Of a stretch of DNA of 64,000 bases, positions 1 to 8,887 are shown in pieces. How positions within the stretch are numbered: the first letter of the stretch is position 1; every line of letters begins with the position of its first letter. A program made the translations under genes and the position numbers. The notes under the pieces were generated by a model. The model worked only from the letters and a program-made list of their open reading frames with translations. It ran no database searches and was not told the DNA's origin. The stretch covers positions 389-64,388 of the forward strand of contig CAZQOG010000002.1 in the NCBI GenBank assembly GCA_964594925.1, read 5' to 3'. The stretch comes from an uncultured Desulfohalobiaceae bacterium. GTDB lineage: Bacteria > Desulfobacterota > Desulfovibrionia > Desulfovibrionales > CAZUBS01.

Positions 1-376
1 GGTTGATATACTTGGAAGTGTATTCGGACACCGACTTGCCCTGGTTGCGCATGGAGACCACCAGGGCGCCGAAGTCGTGCACCGCGCCCATGACGATCGA
101 GCCGACAAAGATCCAGAGCATGGCCGGCACCCATCCCCAGATGACGGCGATGGCCGGTCCCACAATGGGGCCTGTTCCGGCGATGGAGGTGAAGTGGTGG
201 CCGAAGATGACCTCCTTCTTGGTGGGCACGAAGTCCATGCCGTCCTCGAACTCCACCGAGGGAGAGATGTTCTTGTTGGTCAGGGAGAAGATTTTGCGGC
301 CGATGAAGCGCCCGTAAAGCCTGTACATGACGATGTAGCCGGCAAATGCGGCCAGCATCATAAACATGGCATCCAT
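1..376 (-). CDS. cstA: carbon starvation protein CstA, N-terminal 125 codons; gene continues past the window start
   Basis: Absent from the ORF track because it runs off the window. My translation of the minus strand from ATG 376 gives MDAMFMMLAAFAGYIVMYRLYGRFIGRKIFSLTNKNISPSVEFEDGMDFVPTKKEVIFGHHFTSIAGTGPIVGPAIAVIWGWVPA. This carries the CstA N-terminal signature HHFxSIAGxGPIxGP. Confidence 0.85.
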   Translation of the reverse strand, partial: MDAMFMMLAAFAGYIVMYRLYGRFIGRKIFSLTNKNISPSVEFEDGMDFVPTKKEVIFGHHFTSIAGTGPIVGPAIAVIWGWVPAMLWIFVGSIVMGAVHDFGALVVSMRNQGKSVSEYTSKYIN

Positions 377-824
377 AGAACCCCCCTTTGGTTGTGGATT
401 GTGAAAAAGAGGACCGGCCCCTTTTTCAGTCCATGATCAAATATCCAAATGCCGGCCATGGAGACCGGCGTGGCGCCAGAAGGGGAAAGACAGGGAGACA
501 GCAGAGCGGACCGGGGGCACGCCTGCCCACGCAGATCCCTGCACGGGACATGCCCTCAAGACGCACCACGTGTACCCGGAAGAATGTATGCATCCTTTCC
601 TGTTGCTGCAGGATCGGGCCACATCTTTCATGAGCCTTTCATGCAGGCCATCAGAGAGAGGTTTTTATGGCCTCATGCCATTGAAAAAAGATTCTGTCTA
701 CCACCGGGCGCAAGAAACACTATTCCCTCGTAAAATAGTCCGCAATGGCAGTGCGTCTGGAAAAGTGAAAATAGGGGGTCTCAAAACCCGGGGTATGGGG
801 TGCGCCCAAGTGCGGGCCTGAAGA

Positions 825-2126
825 TCAACCAGGTTGACAGGTCTGGTCAATCAAACGCCCCAGGCTCAGAAGCGCCGCGTCGTGCATGAAGCGTCCGGCG
901 AGTTGCAGGCCAATGGGAAGCCCTTCCCGGGAGTGCAGAAGGGGCAGGGAGAGGACCGGGAGCCCGGCGTGGGTCCAGGGCAGGTTCATGACCGGGTCCC
1001 CTGTTGATTGAAGACCTGCTGGCGCGGGACCCACAGCGGCAGGGCTGATCCAGGCGGAGAGGGAGTGACGGTCCATGAGGTCGTGCAGCACGCGGCGCAG
1101 CTCCAGGCAGCTCTGCCGCAGCCGGGGGAGATCGCTGGGATCAACCGAAGACCCGCGCTCCAGCAGCCGGGTTGTTGCCTCACTGTAGAGTGCGTGGTGC
1201 TCCTTGAACCAGGAGTCGTGGACCTGGGCGGCCTCTGCAGCGATCAGGGTCTCGTGCCGCTCTCTGATTTCCGGAAAGTCTGGCATGGCAGGGATTTGCA
1301 GCACCTTGACCCCTTTGTCCTGCAGCTTTCGCAGGGCCCGGTTGAACTCGGCCAGGGTAGCTGGGTCCGCCATGTCCAGGAAGTCCCCGCTGGGAACCCC
1401 AAGGATCGGGAACGACGGGGCCGGCCTGTCCTGTATGTCAGAAAGCAATATGCCGGCGGCAAGGGCCGCGTCCGCAAGGCTGCCACAGAAAAACCCCACC
1501 TGGTCCACGGTGGGGGAAAAGGGGATGACCCCTTCCGTGGGAATCCTGCCCAGGGAGGGTTTGAAGCCGACCACCCCGCAGAAGGAGGCCGGCCTGATGA
1601 CCGAGCCCACGGTCTGGGTGCCCAGGGACAGAGGGCACAGGCCCGCGGCTACTGCCGCGGCGGAGCCGCTGCTGGAACCGCCTGGTGTCCGGGAAGGGTC
1701 GTGCGGGTTCCGGGTCGGCCCGGGGGAGAAGTAGGCGAACTCCGTGGTCCGGGTCTTGCCCAGCACCAGGGCACCTGCCCGGGTGAGCCGCGTGACCACC
1801 GGGGCCTGCGCACCGCTGAGGATGTCCGGGGGCAGACGGCTGCCCGCCCTGGTGGGCAGCCCCGTGACATGGATGATGTCCTTGACCCCGAGAAGCACAC
1901 CGAACAGGGGAGGGCGTGCCAAGGGGTCGGGGAAGGCGTCCTCAAGCGCCCGCCCCTCCCGGGCCAGCCGCTCAAAACGGCCTTCCTCGGGCACCAGGGT
2001 CTGCAGGGCGGGCTCCACAGCCTGCAGACGGGCATAGGTTGCCTTCAGGTAGTCATCAAGGGGCAGGGCCCCGCTGGCGAGTGAGCGGGCCAGGGCGGCC
2101 AGGCTGCCGGGTCTGTCGGGCTGCAT
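825..2126 (-). CDS. amidase-signature family amidase (GatA-like)
   Basis: ORF track 825..2198. Amidase signature GGSSSGSAAAVAAGLCPLSLGTQTVGSVIRPASFCG. Start trimmed to ATG 2126 (GGGAG about 7 nt upstream); 2150 and 2198 remain possible. Confidence 0.85.
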   Translation of the reverse strand: MQPDRPGSLAALARSLASGALPLDDYLKATYARLQAVEPALQTLVPEEGRFERLAREGRALEDAFPDPLARPPLFGVLLGVKDIIHVTGLPTRAGSRLPPDILSGAQAPVVTRLTRAGALVLGKTRTTEFAYFSPGPTRNPHDPSRTPGGSSSGSAAAVAAGLCPLSLGTQTVGSVIRPASFCGVVGFKPSLGRIPTEGVIPFSPTVDQVGFFCGSLADAALAAGILLSDIQDRPAPSFPILGVPSGDFLDMADPATLAEFNRALRKLQDKGVKVLQIPAMPDFPEIRERHETLIAAEAAQVHDSWFKEHHALYSEATTRLLERGSSVDPSDLPRLRQSCLELRRVLHDLMDRHSLSAWISPAAVGPAPAGLQSTGDPVMNLPWTHAGLPVLSLPLLHSREGLPIGLQLAGRFMHDAALLSLGRLIDQTCQPG

Positions 2127-2312
2127 GGCAGTGCTCCCGTTGTGGTGCATGCGACCGCTTTGACACGTGGCACCGGGTACCTTGCTGTGCGTTTCCAAGA
2201 CGGTTCTGTTTTGCTAGGTTTGCAAAAAAGAAGTGTACGACGGCTGCCTTGTTCCGGCAAACTCAAAATTCCGGACAGGCGTGCAGACCAATCTGAGCAA
2301 GGAGACAGGATC

Positions 2313-3326
2313 ATGGAAGAGATCCGCGCCAGGGCCAGGGAGTTGATGCAGGGGTACTGCCGCGTCTGCCCGGTGTGCAACGGCAGGGCCTGCGCCGGGG
2401 AGGTGCCCGGCATGGGGGGTGTGGGAACGGGTGCGGCATTCACGGCCAACCTGGACTCCCTGTCCCGGTTCAAGCTGAACATGCGTCTGGTGCACGGGGT
2501 TGTGGAGCCGGATACAAGCACCGAGTTCCTGGGAAGGAGCCTTGCCCTGCCGGTGCTGGCCGCCCCGATCGGCGGGGTGTCCTTCAACATGGGGGGAAAA
2601 ATCCCTGAGGAGGAGTACATCGAGGCGGTGCTGGGGGGCTGCGTGGACAGCGGCACCCTGGGCTGCAGCGGCGACGGTGTGCCGGACTTCATTCACCAGG
2701 CCGCCTTTGCGGCCATCGAAAAGCTCGGCGGCCGGGGCATCCCCTTTATCAAGCCCTGGGAGGACGAGGAGCTCTTTGCCAAGCTGGACAAGGCCGTGGC
2801 CACGGGCGCGGGCATCGTGGGCATGGACGTGGACGCGGCCGGTCTGGTGACCTTGAAAAAGATGGGGCGGCCGGTGTCGCCAAAGTCTCAGGACAAGCTG
2901 GCGCAAATTATCGAGCGGACCGGGGCGAAGTTCATCGTCAAGGGGCTCATGACCGTGGAGGACGCCTGGCGCGCCGTGGAAGCCGGGGCGGACGCCATCG
3001 TGGTTTCCAACCACGGGGGCAGGGTCCTCGACCACACCCCGGGCACGGCCGCTGTGCTGCCGGACATTGCACAGGCCGTTGCCGGCCGGGCCGCAGTGCT
3101 TGTCGACGGGGGGGTGCGCAGCGGCGTGGACGTACTCAAGATGCTGGCATTGGGGGCGGATACGGTGCTGGTGGGGCGTCCGGTTTCCATAGCGGCCATG
3201 GGCGGCGGCAGGCAGGGGGTGGCAACGTATCTAGGACAGCTGCGCACCGAGCTGGTCCAGGCCATGGTCCTGACCGGATGCCGGGACATAGCCTCGGTGG
3301 ACGGCCAGGTGCTGCAAAAAACCTGA
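2313..3326 (+). CDS. FMN-dependent alpha-hydroxy-acid dehydrogenase/oxidase family protein with an N-terminal 4-Cys motif
   Basis: ORF track 2142..3326, trimmed to ATG 2313 behind GGAGACAGGA. Family-typical blocks VVSNHGGRVLD and VDGGVRSGVDVLKMLALGAD. N-terminus carries CRVCPVCNGRAC. Confidence 0.8.
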   Translation: MEEIRARARELMQGYCRVCPVCNGRACAGEVPGMGGVGTGAAFTANLDSLSRFKLNMRLVHGVVEPDTSTEFLGRSLALPVLAAPIGGVSFNMGGKIPEEEYIEAVLGGCVDSGTLGCSGDGVPDFIHQAAFAAIEKLGGRGIPFIKPWEDEELFAKLDKAVATGAGIVGMDVDAAGLVTLKKMGRPVSPKSQDKLAQIIERTGAKFIVKGLMTVEDAWRAVEAGADAIVVSNHGGRVLDHTPGTAAVLPDIAQAVAGRAAVLVDGGVRSGVDVLKMLALGADTVLVGRPVSIAAMGGGRQGVATYLGQLRTELVQAMVLTGCRDIASVDGQVLQKT

Positions 3327-3331
3327 CGGGG

Positions 3332-4006
3332 TCAGACCGGCCGGGCCAGCCAGACCGTGTAATGGGTCCCGCCACGGGCGCCCCGTCCCCGGGCCGTTAT
3401 CTCCTGCACCGTGAACCCTGAGGCGCGCAGGCGCTTGACAAAGGCCTGGTCAGGTCCGGCCGACCACACGGCCAGGACCCCGTCCGGCTTCAAGGCTCTG
3501 CGGGCACTGCGCAGCCCGGCTGTTGCGTAGAGCCGGTCATTGGCCACACGGGTCAGCCCCTCGGGGCCGTTGTCCACATCAAGCAGCACGGCGTCGAAAG
3601 CGGCAGGGGGACCTTTGAAGAGCTCCCCCACATCCCCCTCGAACACGGTGACCCGGGGGTCGAAGAGGGGACGATTGGCCAGTTCGGCCAACACCCCGCG
3701 GTTCCAGGCCACCACCGCGGGCACCAGCTCGGCAACAACCACAGAAGCGTCCGGGCCGAGGCAGCGCAGTGCCGCGGCCAGGGTGTAGCCCATGCCGAGG
3801 CCTCCGATCAGGACCCTGGGGCGGTGCCTGCTGCTGATCCCCGGGCAGGCCTGCTCGGCCAGGGCGTCTTCAGCCCCGTAAGCCTGGTTGTTCATGAGCT
3901 CACGACCATCCACCCGGATGGAGTACTCGTGGCCCCGTCTGTAGAGGCTGAGCTCGCTCGAGGAGCCGGGTACGGGGGCGCTGTCGAGAAGCTCCCAGGG
4001 GATCAT
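3332..4006 (-). CDS. class-I SAM-dependent methyltransferase fold, spermidine-synthase-like
   Basis: ORF track 3332..4237. Start trimmed to ATG 4006 (AAGGAA 5 nt upstream); 4084 is an alternative. Glycine-rich loop VLIGGLGMGYT and DAVLLDVDNGP, typical of spermine/spermidine-synthase-like MTases. Confidence 0.7.
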   Translation of the reverse strand: MIPWELLDSAPVPGSSSELSLYRRGHEYSIRVDGRELMNNQAYGAEDALAEQACPGISSRHRPRVLIGGLGMGYTLAAALRCLGPDASVVVAELVPAVVAWNRGVLAELANRPLFDPRVTVFEGDVGELFKGPPAAFDAVLLDVDNGPEGLTRVANDRLYATAGLRSARRALKPDGVLAVWSAGPDQAFVKRLRASGFTVQEITARGRGARGGTHYTVWLARPV

Positions 4007-4235
4007 GGGCGTTCCTTGGTAGAAAGGTTGCGCGCTGCAGGCATGGAGTTTCCCGCCAATCGCTTGAAGTGACTGAACAGTCATCCTACCAGACAAAGGC
4101 GGTGGCGATAAGAGGAAACCGGCCTGCCCCGCGGCTCGGGATCCTGGACAACCTGTCGCGGATATGGTGGTATAAAACGTTGAATCCGCCCTGTCCGGTC
4201 TGAGCCGGCAACCTTCAAGTCCGCGGGGTCCCGAC

Positions 4236-5759
4236 ATGAACGTGCTCCTGGTCTATCCCAGCTATCCCGACACCTTCTGGAGCTTCAAGACCGTCCTCAA
4301 GTACATCTCCAAAAAGGCGGCCTTCCCGCCTCTGGGCCTGCTCACGGTGGCGGCCATGCTGCCTCGGGAGTGGAACCTGCGGCTGGTGGATGTCAACGTG
4401 CGGGAGTTGACGGACCAGGACCTGGGCTGGGCGGACCTGGTCATGATCAGCGCCATGATCGTGCAGAAGGACTCTGTTCACGCGATCATCGATCGCTGCG
4501 GTGAGCTGGGCAGGAAGGTCGTGGCCGGAGGGCCGCTGTTCAACACCCGCTGGGAAAGCTTCCCGCAGGTGGACCACTTCGTGCTCGACGAGGCCGAGGT
4601 CACCCTGCCCCTGTTCCTGGAGGATATGGCCCGGGGCGCAGGCAAGCGGATCTACCGTTCGAGCCGGCGTCCGGACATCAACACGACCCCGATCCCGGCC
4701 TGGCACCTCATCGACATGGAGGACTACGCCACCATGTGCGTGCAGTACTCCAGGGGGTGCCCCTTCAACTGCGAGTTCTGCGACATCATCATCATGAACG
4801 GCCGGGTACCCCGCACCAAAAAACCGGAGCGCCTTCTGGCCGAGCTTGAGTCCCTGTACAGCGCGGGATGGCGTCGTGGCGTTTTCATCGTGGACGACAA
4901 CTTCATCGGCAACACAAACAAGGTCAAGGCCATGCTGCCCCACCTCATCGCCTGGCAGCAGGCCCGCGGCCACCCCTTTCAGTTTCTGACCGAGGCCTCC
5001 ACCAACCTGGCCGACGACGAGGAACTGATGTGGCTCATGAGCGCGGCCAACTTCCACAAGGTCTTCCTGGGCATCGAGACCCCGGAGGTGGAAAGTCTGC
5101 GGGAGTGCGGCAAGCTCCAGAACGCCTCCCGCGACCTGGTCGCGGCGGTGCGGGTCATCCAGAGGCACGGGATGCAGGTCATGGGCGGGTTTATCGTGGG
5201 GTTTGACAGCGACACCGAGTCCACCTTCGAGGCCCAGGTCAGGTTCATCCAGCAGGTGGGCATTGTCACGGCCATGGTGGGGGTGCTCAACGCCCTGCCG
5301 CAGACAAAGCTCTGGCACCGGATGCGGGCCGAGAACAGGCTGCTGGAGGAGGTGCCCGGCGGGGAGAACACAGCCGCCGAGATCAACTTCATCCCCCGCA
5401 TGGGCCGGGACAGGCTCCTGCAGGGGTACCGCAGCGTCATCGGCAGCATCTACTCCAGGCGCATGTATTACAAGCGGATCAATGTCTTTCTCGCGGACTA
5501 CGTGCCCACGGTCAGGGGCCGCTTCACCCGCCGGGACCTGCGGCCCCTGTTCCTGAGCATGGTGCGTATCGGGATCTTCTCACTGAGCAGCGCCTTCTAC
5601 TGGAAGCTGCTCGTCAAGACCCTGTTCACCAAGGCCCGGGCCCTGCCCGAGGTCATCGAGATGACCATAGTGGGGGAGCATTACCGCCGGATGCGCAAGC
5701 GCGTGCTGGCTGCAGGGAGGGACGGGCTGGAGGTGCCGTTGAAAGGCAGTGAGTCCTGA
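4236..5759 (+). CDS. B12-binding-domain radical SAM protein (DUF4070-type C-terminus)
   Basis: 507-aa ORF with an N-terminal B12-binding-like region (LGLLTVAAML...DLVMISAM). Radical-SAM cluster motif YSRGCPFNCEFCD (CxxxCxxC). Long C-terminal extension as in DUF4070 proteins. Confidence 0.85.
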   Translation: MNVLLVYPSYPDTFWSFKTVLKYISKKAAFPPLGLLTVAAMLPREWNLRLVDVNVRELTDQDLGWADLVMISAMIVQKDSVHAIIDRCGELGRKVVAGGPLFNTRWESFPQVDHFVLDEAEVTLPLFLEDMARGAGKRIYRSSRRPDINTTPIPAWHLIDMEDYATMCVQYSRGCPFNCEFCDIIIMNGRVPRTKKPERLLAELESLYSAGWRRGVFIVDDNFIGNTNKVKAMLPHLIAWQQARGHPFQFLTEASTNLADDEELMWLMSAANFHKVFLGIETPEVESLRECGKLQNASRDLVAAVRVIQRHGMQVMGGFIVGFDSDTESTFEAQVRFIQQVGIVTAMVGVLNALPQTKLWHRMRAENRLLEEVPGGENTAAEINFIPRMGRDRLLQGYRSVIGSIYSRRMYYKRINVFLADYVPTVRGRFTRRDLRPLFLSMVRIGIFSLSSAFYWKLLVKTLFTKARALPEVIEMTIVGEHYRRMRKRVLAAGRDGLEVPLKGSES

Positions 5760-5789
5760 GCCGGAACGAGGCACGGTCTTCACTGAAAG

Positions 5790-5814
5790 CCCTGCTGCAG
5801 CTGAAGCAGCGGGG
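5790..5814. terminator. hairpin between convergent genes (possible bidirectional terminator)
   Basis: 9-bp stem ccctgctgc / gcagcgggg (one G-U pair) with a 7-nt loop. It lies between the stop of the radical SAM gene (5759) and the stop of the DUF2064 gene (5817). No clean U-tract. Confidence 0.35.
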
Positions 5815-5816
5815 TG

Positions 5817-6491
5817 TTACTCTCCTTTGTGGCCGGCTGCTTGGGGTGCCAGGTCATCCAGCACCCTCCGGGTGCGCGAATCCGGATTGAGGTTGCGTTT
5901 CCTGAGGGCTGCAAGGTCCTTAACCGTGTCCACGTCCATCCAGGACGGAAGGCACTTGGCGGTCAGGCCGGCCTCGACCATGCGGGCCATGGTGGCCGCA
6001 AACACCTCCGGACCGCTCCAGACGATCCCGGAAAAGATATCCGGGGTGAAGGCCTCGGCCCAGAAGCCGATGCACCAGTAGCCGCCGTCCGCGGCAGGCC
6101 CGAGCACCGCGTCGTTGGTCTCCAGGGCGGCAAGGGCCTGGGTAACGTGGTCGCGGGGCAGGTCGGGCAGGTCGCTCCCGATGCACAGGGCCCTGTCATA
6201 CCCCTGGGCAAAGGCATCGGCAAAGGCACAGGCCATGCGCTCTCCGAGGTCCTCCCCCCGCTGGGGCAGGTAGAGGAGATCCGGCCCGAGCCAGGCGCGC
6301 AGCTCGGCCAGCCCGTGGGCCGGTGTGCCCACGACCAGGACCTGAACCTCGAGATCCTCAAACATGGCCAGCTGGTCCCGGACAAAGGCGCGGTAGAGGC
6401 GCAGGGCGGCCTGTGCTCCCAGCGCGGCTGCCAGGCGGGTCTTGACCTTGCCGATCTCGGGAAGACGGACGAAGAATAGGATGCAGGTCAT
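5817..6491 (-). CDS. DUF2064 / TIGR04282-like nucleotidyl- or glycosyl-transferase-like protein
   Basis: 224-aa ORF. ILFFVRLPEIGKVKTRLA...GEDLGERMACAF...CIGSDLPDLP...GPAADGGYWCIGF matches my recollection of the DUF2064 (CofC-like) family. Confidence 0.75.
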   Translation of the reverse strand: MTCILFFVRLPEIGKVKTRLAAALGAQAALRLYRAFVRDQLAMFEDLEVQVLVVGTPAHGLAELRAWLGPDLLYLPQRGEDLGERMACAFADAFAQGYDRALCIGSDLPDLPRDHVTQALAALETNDAVLGPAADGGYWCIGFWAEAFTPDIFSGIVWSGPEVFAATMARMVEAGLTAKCLPSWMDVDTVKDLAALRKRNLNPDSRTRRVLDDLAPQAAGHKGE

Positions 6492-6497
6492 GATTTC

Positions 6498-6525
6498 AAG
6501 GATGAAGGATAAAGGATGAAGGATG
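6498..6525. repeat. tandem heptad array (AAGGATG)x4, one variant unit AAGGATA
   Basis: Read directly: aaggatg aaggata aaggatg aaggatg. It fills the 40-nt spacer between the GT2 stop (6532) and the DUF2064 start (6491). Confidence 0.9.
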
Positions 6526-6531
6526 AGTTTT

Positions 6532-7227
6532 TCATCTGTACCATTTCGCCAGCCGGTCTGGCGAGACGCCCAGGTGGTAGAGCAGGCGCAGGGCCCAGTT
6601 GCGCAGGGTGCCCCGGACCATGCCGTCGTGTTCCCAGCGTCGGGGCGAGGTCAGGGCCGGGGCGTCCAGGATGACGATGGGATGCCCCTGCTTCCTGATG
6701 CGGCGCATGAGATCCAGGTCCTCCATGATCGGGATCGGCCGGTACCCGCCGAGCTGGAGAAAGAACCGCCGTTGCACGAAGATGGCCTGATCCCCGTAAG
6801 GCACCCGGGTCAGCCTGGAACGCAGGGAGCCCACCCGTGAGATCAGGCGCAGGCCGGGGTGTTGCGAGTCGATCTTCAGGTCGAAGGATCCCGCCTTTAT
6901 ATCGGGAGGGCGCAGCCCCTGAAAGATCAGCCGGAAGGCACGCTCCGGGAGCCGGGTGTCGGCGTGCAGAAAGAGCAGCACGTCGCCGCCGGCCCTGTGG
7001 GCGGCGGTGTTCATCTGCCGGCCCCTGCCGGGAGATGAGCGCAGGCCGATCACCCCCGGCCGGTTCAGCGATTTCAGCGTGGAGCCGTCAGGGTCGCCGT
7101 CCACGACCAGGATCTCCACCCCCGCACCCTGCTCCAGGGAACGCAGGTGGTCGATCAGGGAGTTGATCCCCGGCCCTTCGTGGAGCACGGGGATGATGAC
7201 GGAGATGGCCGGGTGCACGGTGTTCAC
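6532..7227 (-). CDS. family-2 glycosyltransferase (TIGR04283-like partner of DUF2064)
   Basis: ORF track 6532..7257 (first codon TTG). Start trimmed to GTG 7227 behind GGGAAGGAG. GT-A motifs [10 protein letters not shown]...[13 protein letters not shown]. Confidence 0.8.
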   Translation of the reverse strand: MNTVHPAISVIIPVLHEGPGINSLIDHLRSLEQGAGVEILVVDGDPDGSTLKSLNRPGVIGLRSSPGRGRQMNTAAHRAGGDVLLFLHADTRLPERAFRLIFQGLRPPDIKAGSFDLKIDSQHPGLRLISRVGSLRSRLTRVPYGDQAIFVQRRFFLQLGGYRPIPIMEDLDLMRRIRKQGHPIVILDAPALTSPRRWEHDGMVRGTLRNWALRLLYHLGVSPDRLAKWYR

Positions 7228-7344
7228 GGAGCTCCTTCCCGCACAGTGTAAGGGCAAACAGGAAAAGCGTCGAGACTCCGCGCCCGGGCCCAGGACAACT
7301 GCGTCTCAGACTGCCCAGTGGCCATTTCTTCTCCCCGTTTTCCT

Positions 7345-7378
7345 GCTTCGAGCTTCCAGCTTCCAGCTTCGAGCTTCC
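7345..7378. repeat. GAAG-family heptad array, 5 units (gcttcga gcttcca gcttcca gcttcga gcttcc)
   Basis: Read directly. Solo array in the divergent region between the GT2 gene (7227, minus) and the cytidylyltransferase gene (7431, plus). Confidence 0.9.
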
Positions 7379-7430
7379 CCCCCTTGCACCCCGTTTGGAA
7401 AAGGGGCAGTTTCAGGCAAAGAACACCACC

Positions 7431-7961
7431 ATGGGGAGAATCATGAGCCCATCCAGAGATCCGGCCGGAAAGATCCTCACGGTAGCGGCATTCAGGCAGC
7501 TGCGGGGCGCTCTGCCGGCAGAGTCCAGGGTCGTCTTCACAAACGGCTGCTTCGACCTGCTGCATCCCGGGCACGTGGAGTACCTGCACAAGGCCAGGGT
7601 TCTTGGCACCCTCCTGGTCGTGGGCCTGAACTCGGACGCCTCGGTTCGCAGGATCAAGGGGGGGCACAGGCCGGTCAACCCGGAGGGAGAACGGGCCTAT
7701 GTGCTGGCCGGGCTGGAGAGCGTTGACCACGTGCTGCTCTTCGAGCAGGACACCCCGCTGGAGCTGATCAGGGAGGTTCGGCCCCACGTGCTGGTCAAAG
7801 GGGGGGACTGGCCCGTGGCTTCCATTGTCGGGCGTGAAGAGGTCGAGTCCCGGGGCGGTCGGGTGCTGAGCATTCCGCTTCGCCCTGGCTTCTCCACCAC
7901 CGGACTGATCAGCCGCATCCGCGGTTCGCTCACTGCAGAGGGGGCGGCCGGAAAGAGGTGA
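7431..7961 (+). CDS. cytidylyltransferase-like protein, RfaE domain II type (D-glycero-beta-D-manno-heptose-1-phosphate adenylyltransferase-like)
   Basis: ORF track 7395..7961. [19 protein letters not shown]...[10 protein letters not shown]...LVKGGDW is the HxGH nucleotidyltransferase pattern of RfaE-II/HldC. Start uncertain (7395, 7431 or 7443). Confidence 0.8.
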   Translation: MGRIMSPSRDPAGKILTVAAFRQLRGALPAESRVVFTNGCFDLLHPGHVEYLHKARVLGTLLVVGLNSDASVRRIKGGHRPVNPEGERAYVLAGLESVDHVLLFEQDTPLELIREVRPHVLVKGGDWPVASIVGREEVESRGGRVLSIPLRPGFSTTGLISRIRGSLTAEGAAGKR

Positions 7962-8055
7962 GCACTTTGTTTCGGGCCTTCAGGGCAGCACATGTTCTGC
8001 CTCCCGGCCCTCTTTTCAGATTTCGGGCTTCGAGCTTTACCAGAACGGGGGGGGC

Positions 8056-8874
8056 ATGAAGGCCAGGATACTGCACATCTTCCGGAACACGCCCTTTGGC
8101 AGGGAGACGCTGATGCAGTCCGCGCTGTTCGCCGGACGGCTCGGCCTGGACCTGGTGGTCTACGTTCCAAGGGAAAAAAAGTTCCTCATGTACTTCGAGC
8201 ACGACGCGGTGCAGGTGGACCTGGACGATTCCTACCTGCGCATGCCGGAGAGCGCTGACAGGCACGTCAGGGAAATTCTCAAGTCTTTCGAGATCGAGCC
8301 GCACTTTGTTTCACCAGGCTCCTACACTGCTTCGACGCTGCCCGACGTGCCAACGGATTTCGAGTTCATGTGCTGTCCCCGGGCCATCAGCGATCTTTCC
8401 GCCAAAATCGGCCTGGGCTACATCGGCTCCAAGGTGCGGCAGATCCTCAAAAGCGCCCCGTTTCCCGTGCTCATCCCCAGCCCGGTTTTCAAGCCCTGGG
8501 CAAGTGTGAGCGTGCTCTTCGGCGGCTCGGAACCGTCACTTCGGGCTTTGCGGCTCGGGCTCAGGATCAGCCGGGAAACCGGGCTGCCCCTGGATCTGTT
8601 CACACAGGCCGAGGGACGGGAGCGGGGCATGTTCGAGGCGGCCGTGGAGGGGGCCGGGCTCAGCGACCTGCTGGAGCAGCACCTCCGGAGATGGAAGATC
8701 TTCTTCAGCGGCAGCCTGGAGGACAACCTCTATACTGTGGGCCACGACAGCCTGGTGGTGCTGGGGGCGTACGGCCACGGCACCATCAAGACCCTCATGT
8801 TTGGTTCCACCACCGAGACGGTGCAGTCGGTCCTGCCCAACAGCCTGCTCATCGTAGGGCCCGCGGGGCATTGA
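8056..8874 (+). CDS. tandem universal stress protein (UspA-family) domain protein
   Basis: 272-aa ORF. The C-terminal block VVLGAYGHGTIKTLMFGSTTETVQSVLPNSLLIVGP is the USP ATP-binding-type motif. The N-terminal half is a more divergent second copy. Confidence 0.65.
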   Translation: MKARILHIFRNTPFGRETLMQSALFAGRLGLDLVVYVPREKKFLMYFEHDAVQVDLDDSYLRMPESADRHVREILKSFEIEPHFVSPGSYTASTLPDVPTDFEFMCCPRAISDLSAKIGLGYIGSKVRQILKSAPFPVLIPSPVFKPWASVSVLFGGSEPSLRALRLGLRISRETGLPLDLFTQAEGRERGMFEAAVEGAGLSDLLEQHLRRWKIFFSGSLEDNLYTVGHDSLVVLGAYGHGTIKTLMFGSTTETVQSVLPNSLLIVGPAGH

Positions 8875-8887
8875 GAGTTCCCGCGCC

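Noticed and set aside
404-428. Hairpin GAAAAAGAGG-accgg-CCCCTTTTTC as a terminator
   Set aside because: It lies in the 5' leader of cstA and about 400 nt from the amidase stop. The stem is interrupted, and its T/A runs are part of the stem rather than a tail, so its function is unclear.
3-436. Plus-strand ORFs 3..317 and 77..436 at the window start
   Set aside because: The minus strand here encodes the well-recognisable CstA N-terminus. The plus-strand ORFs are its antisense shadows.
2168-2185. Sigma54-like TGGCAC....TTGC in the amidase / FMN-dehydrogenase divergent region
   Set aside because: The spacing between the GG and GC elements is 3 nt too long (TGGCAC-N8-TTGC) for a functional -24/-12 promoter.
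4007-4235. Cobalamin riboswitch upstream of the B12-binding radical SAM gene
   Set aside because: The 230-nt leader has a superficially similar AAGAGGAAACCGG stretch. It has no B12-box-like element (GCCACTG-type core) and no convincing multi-stem architecture.
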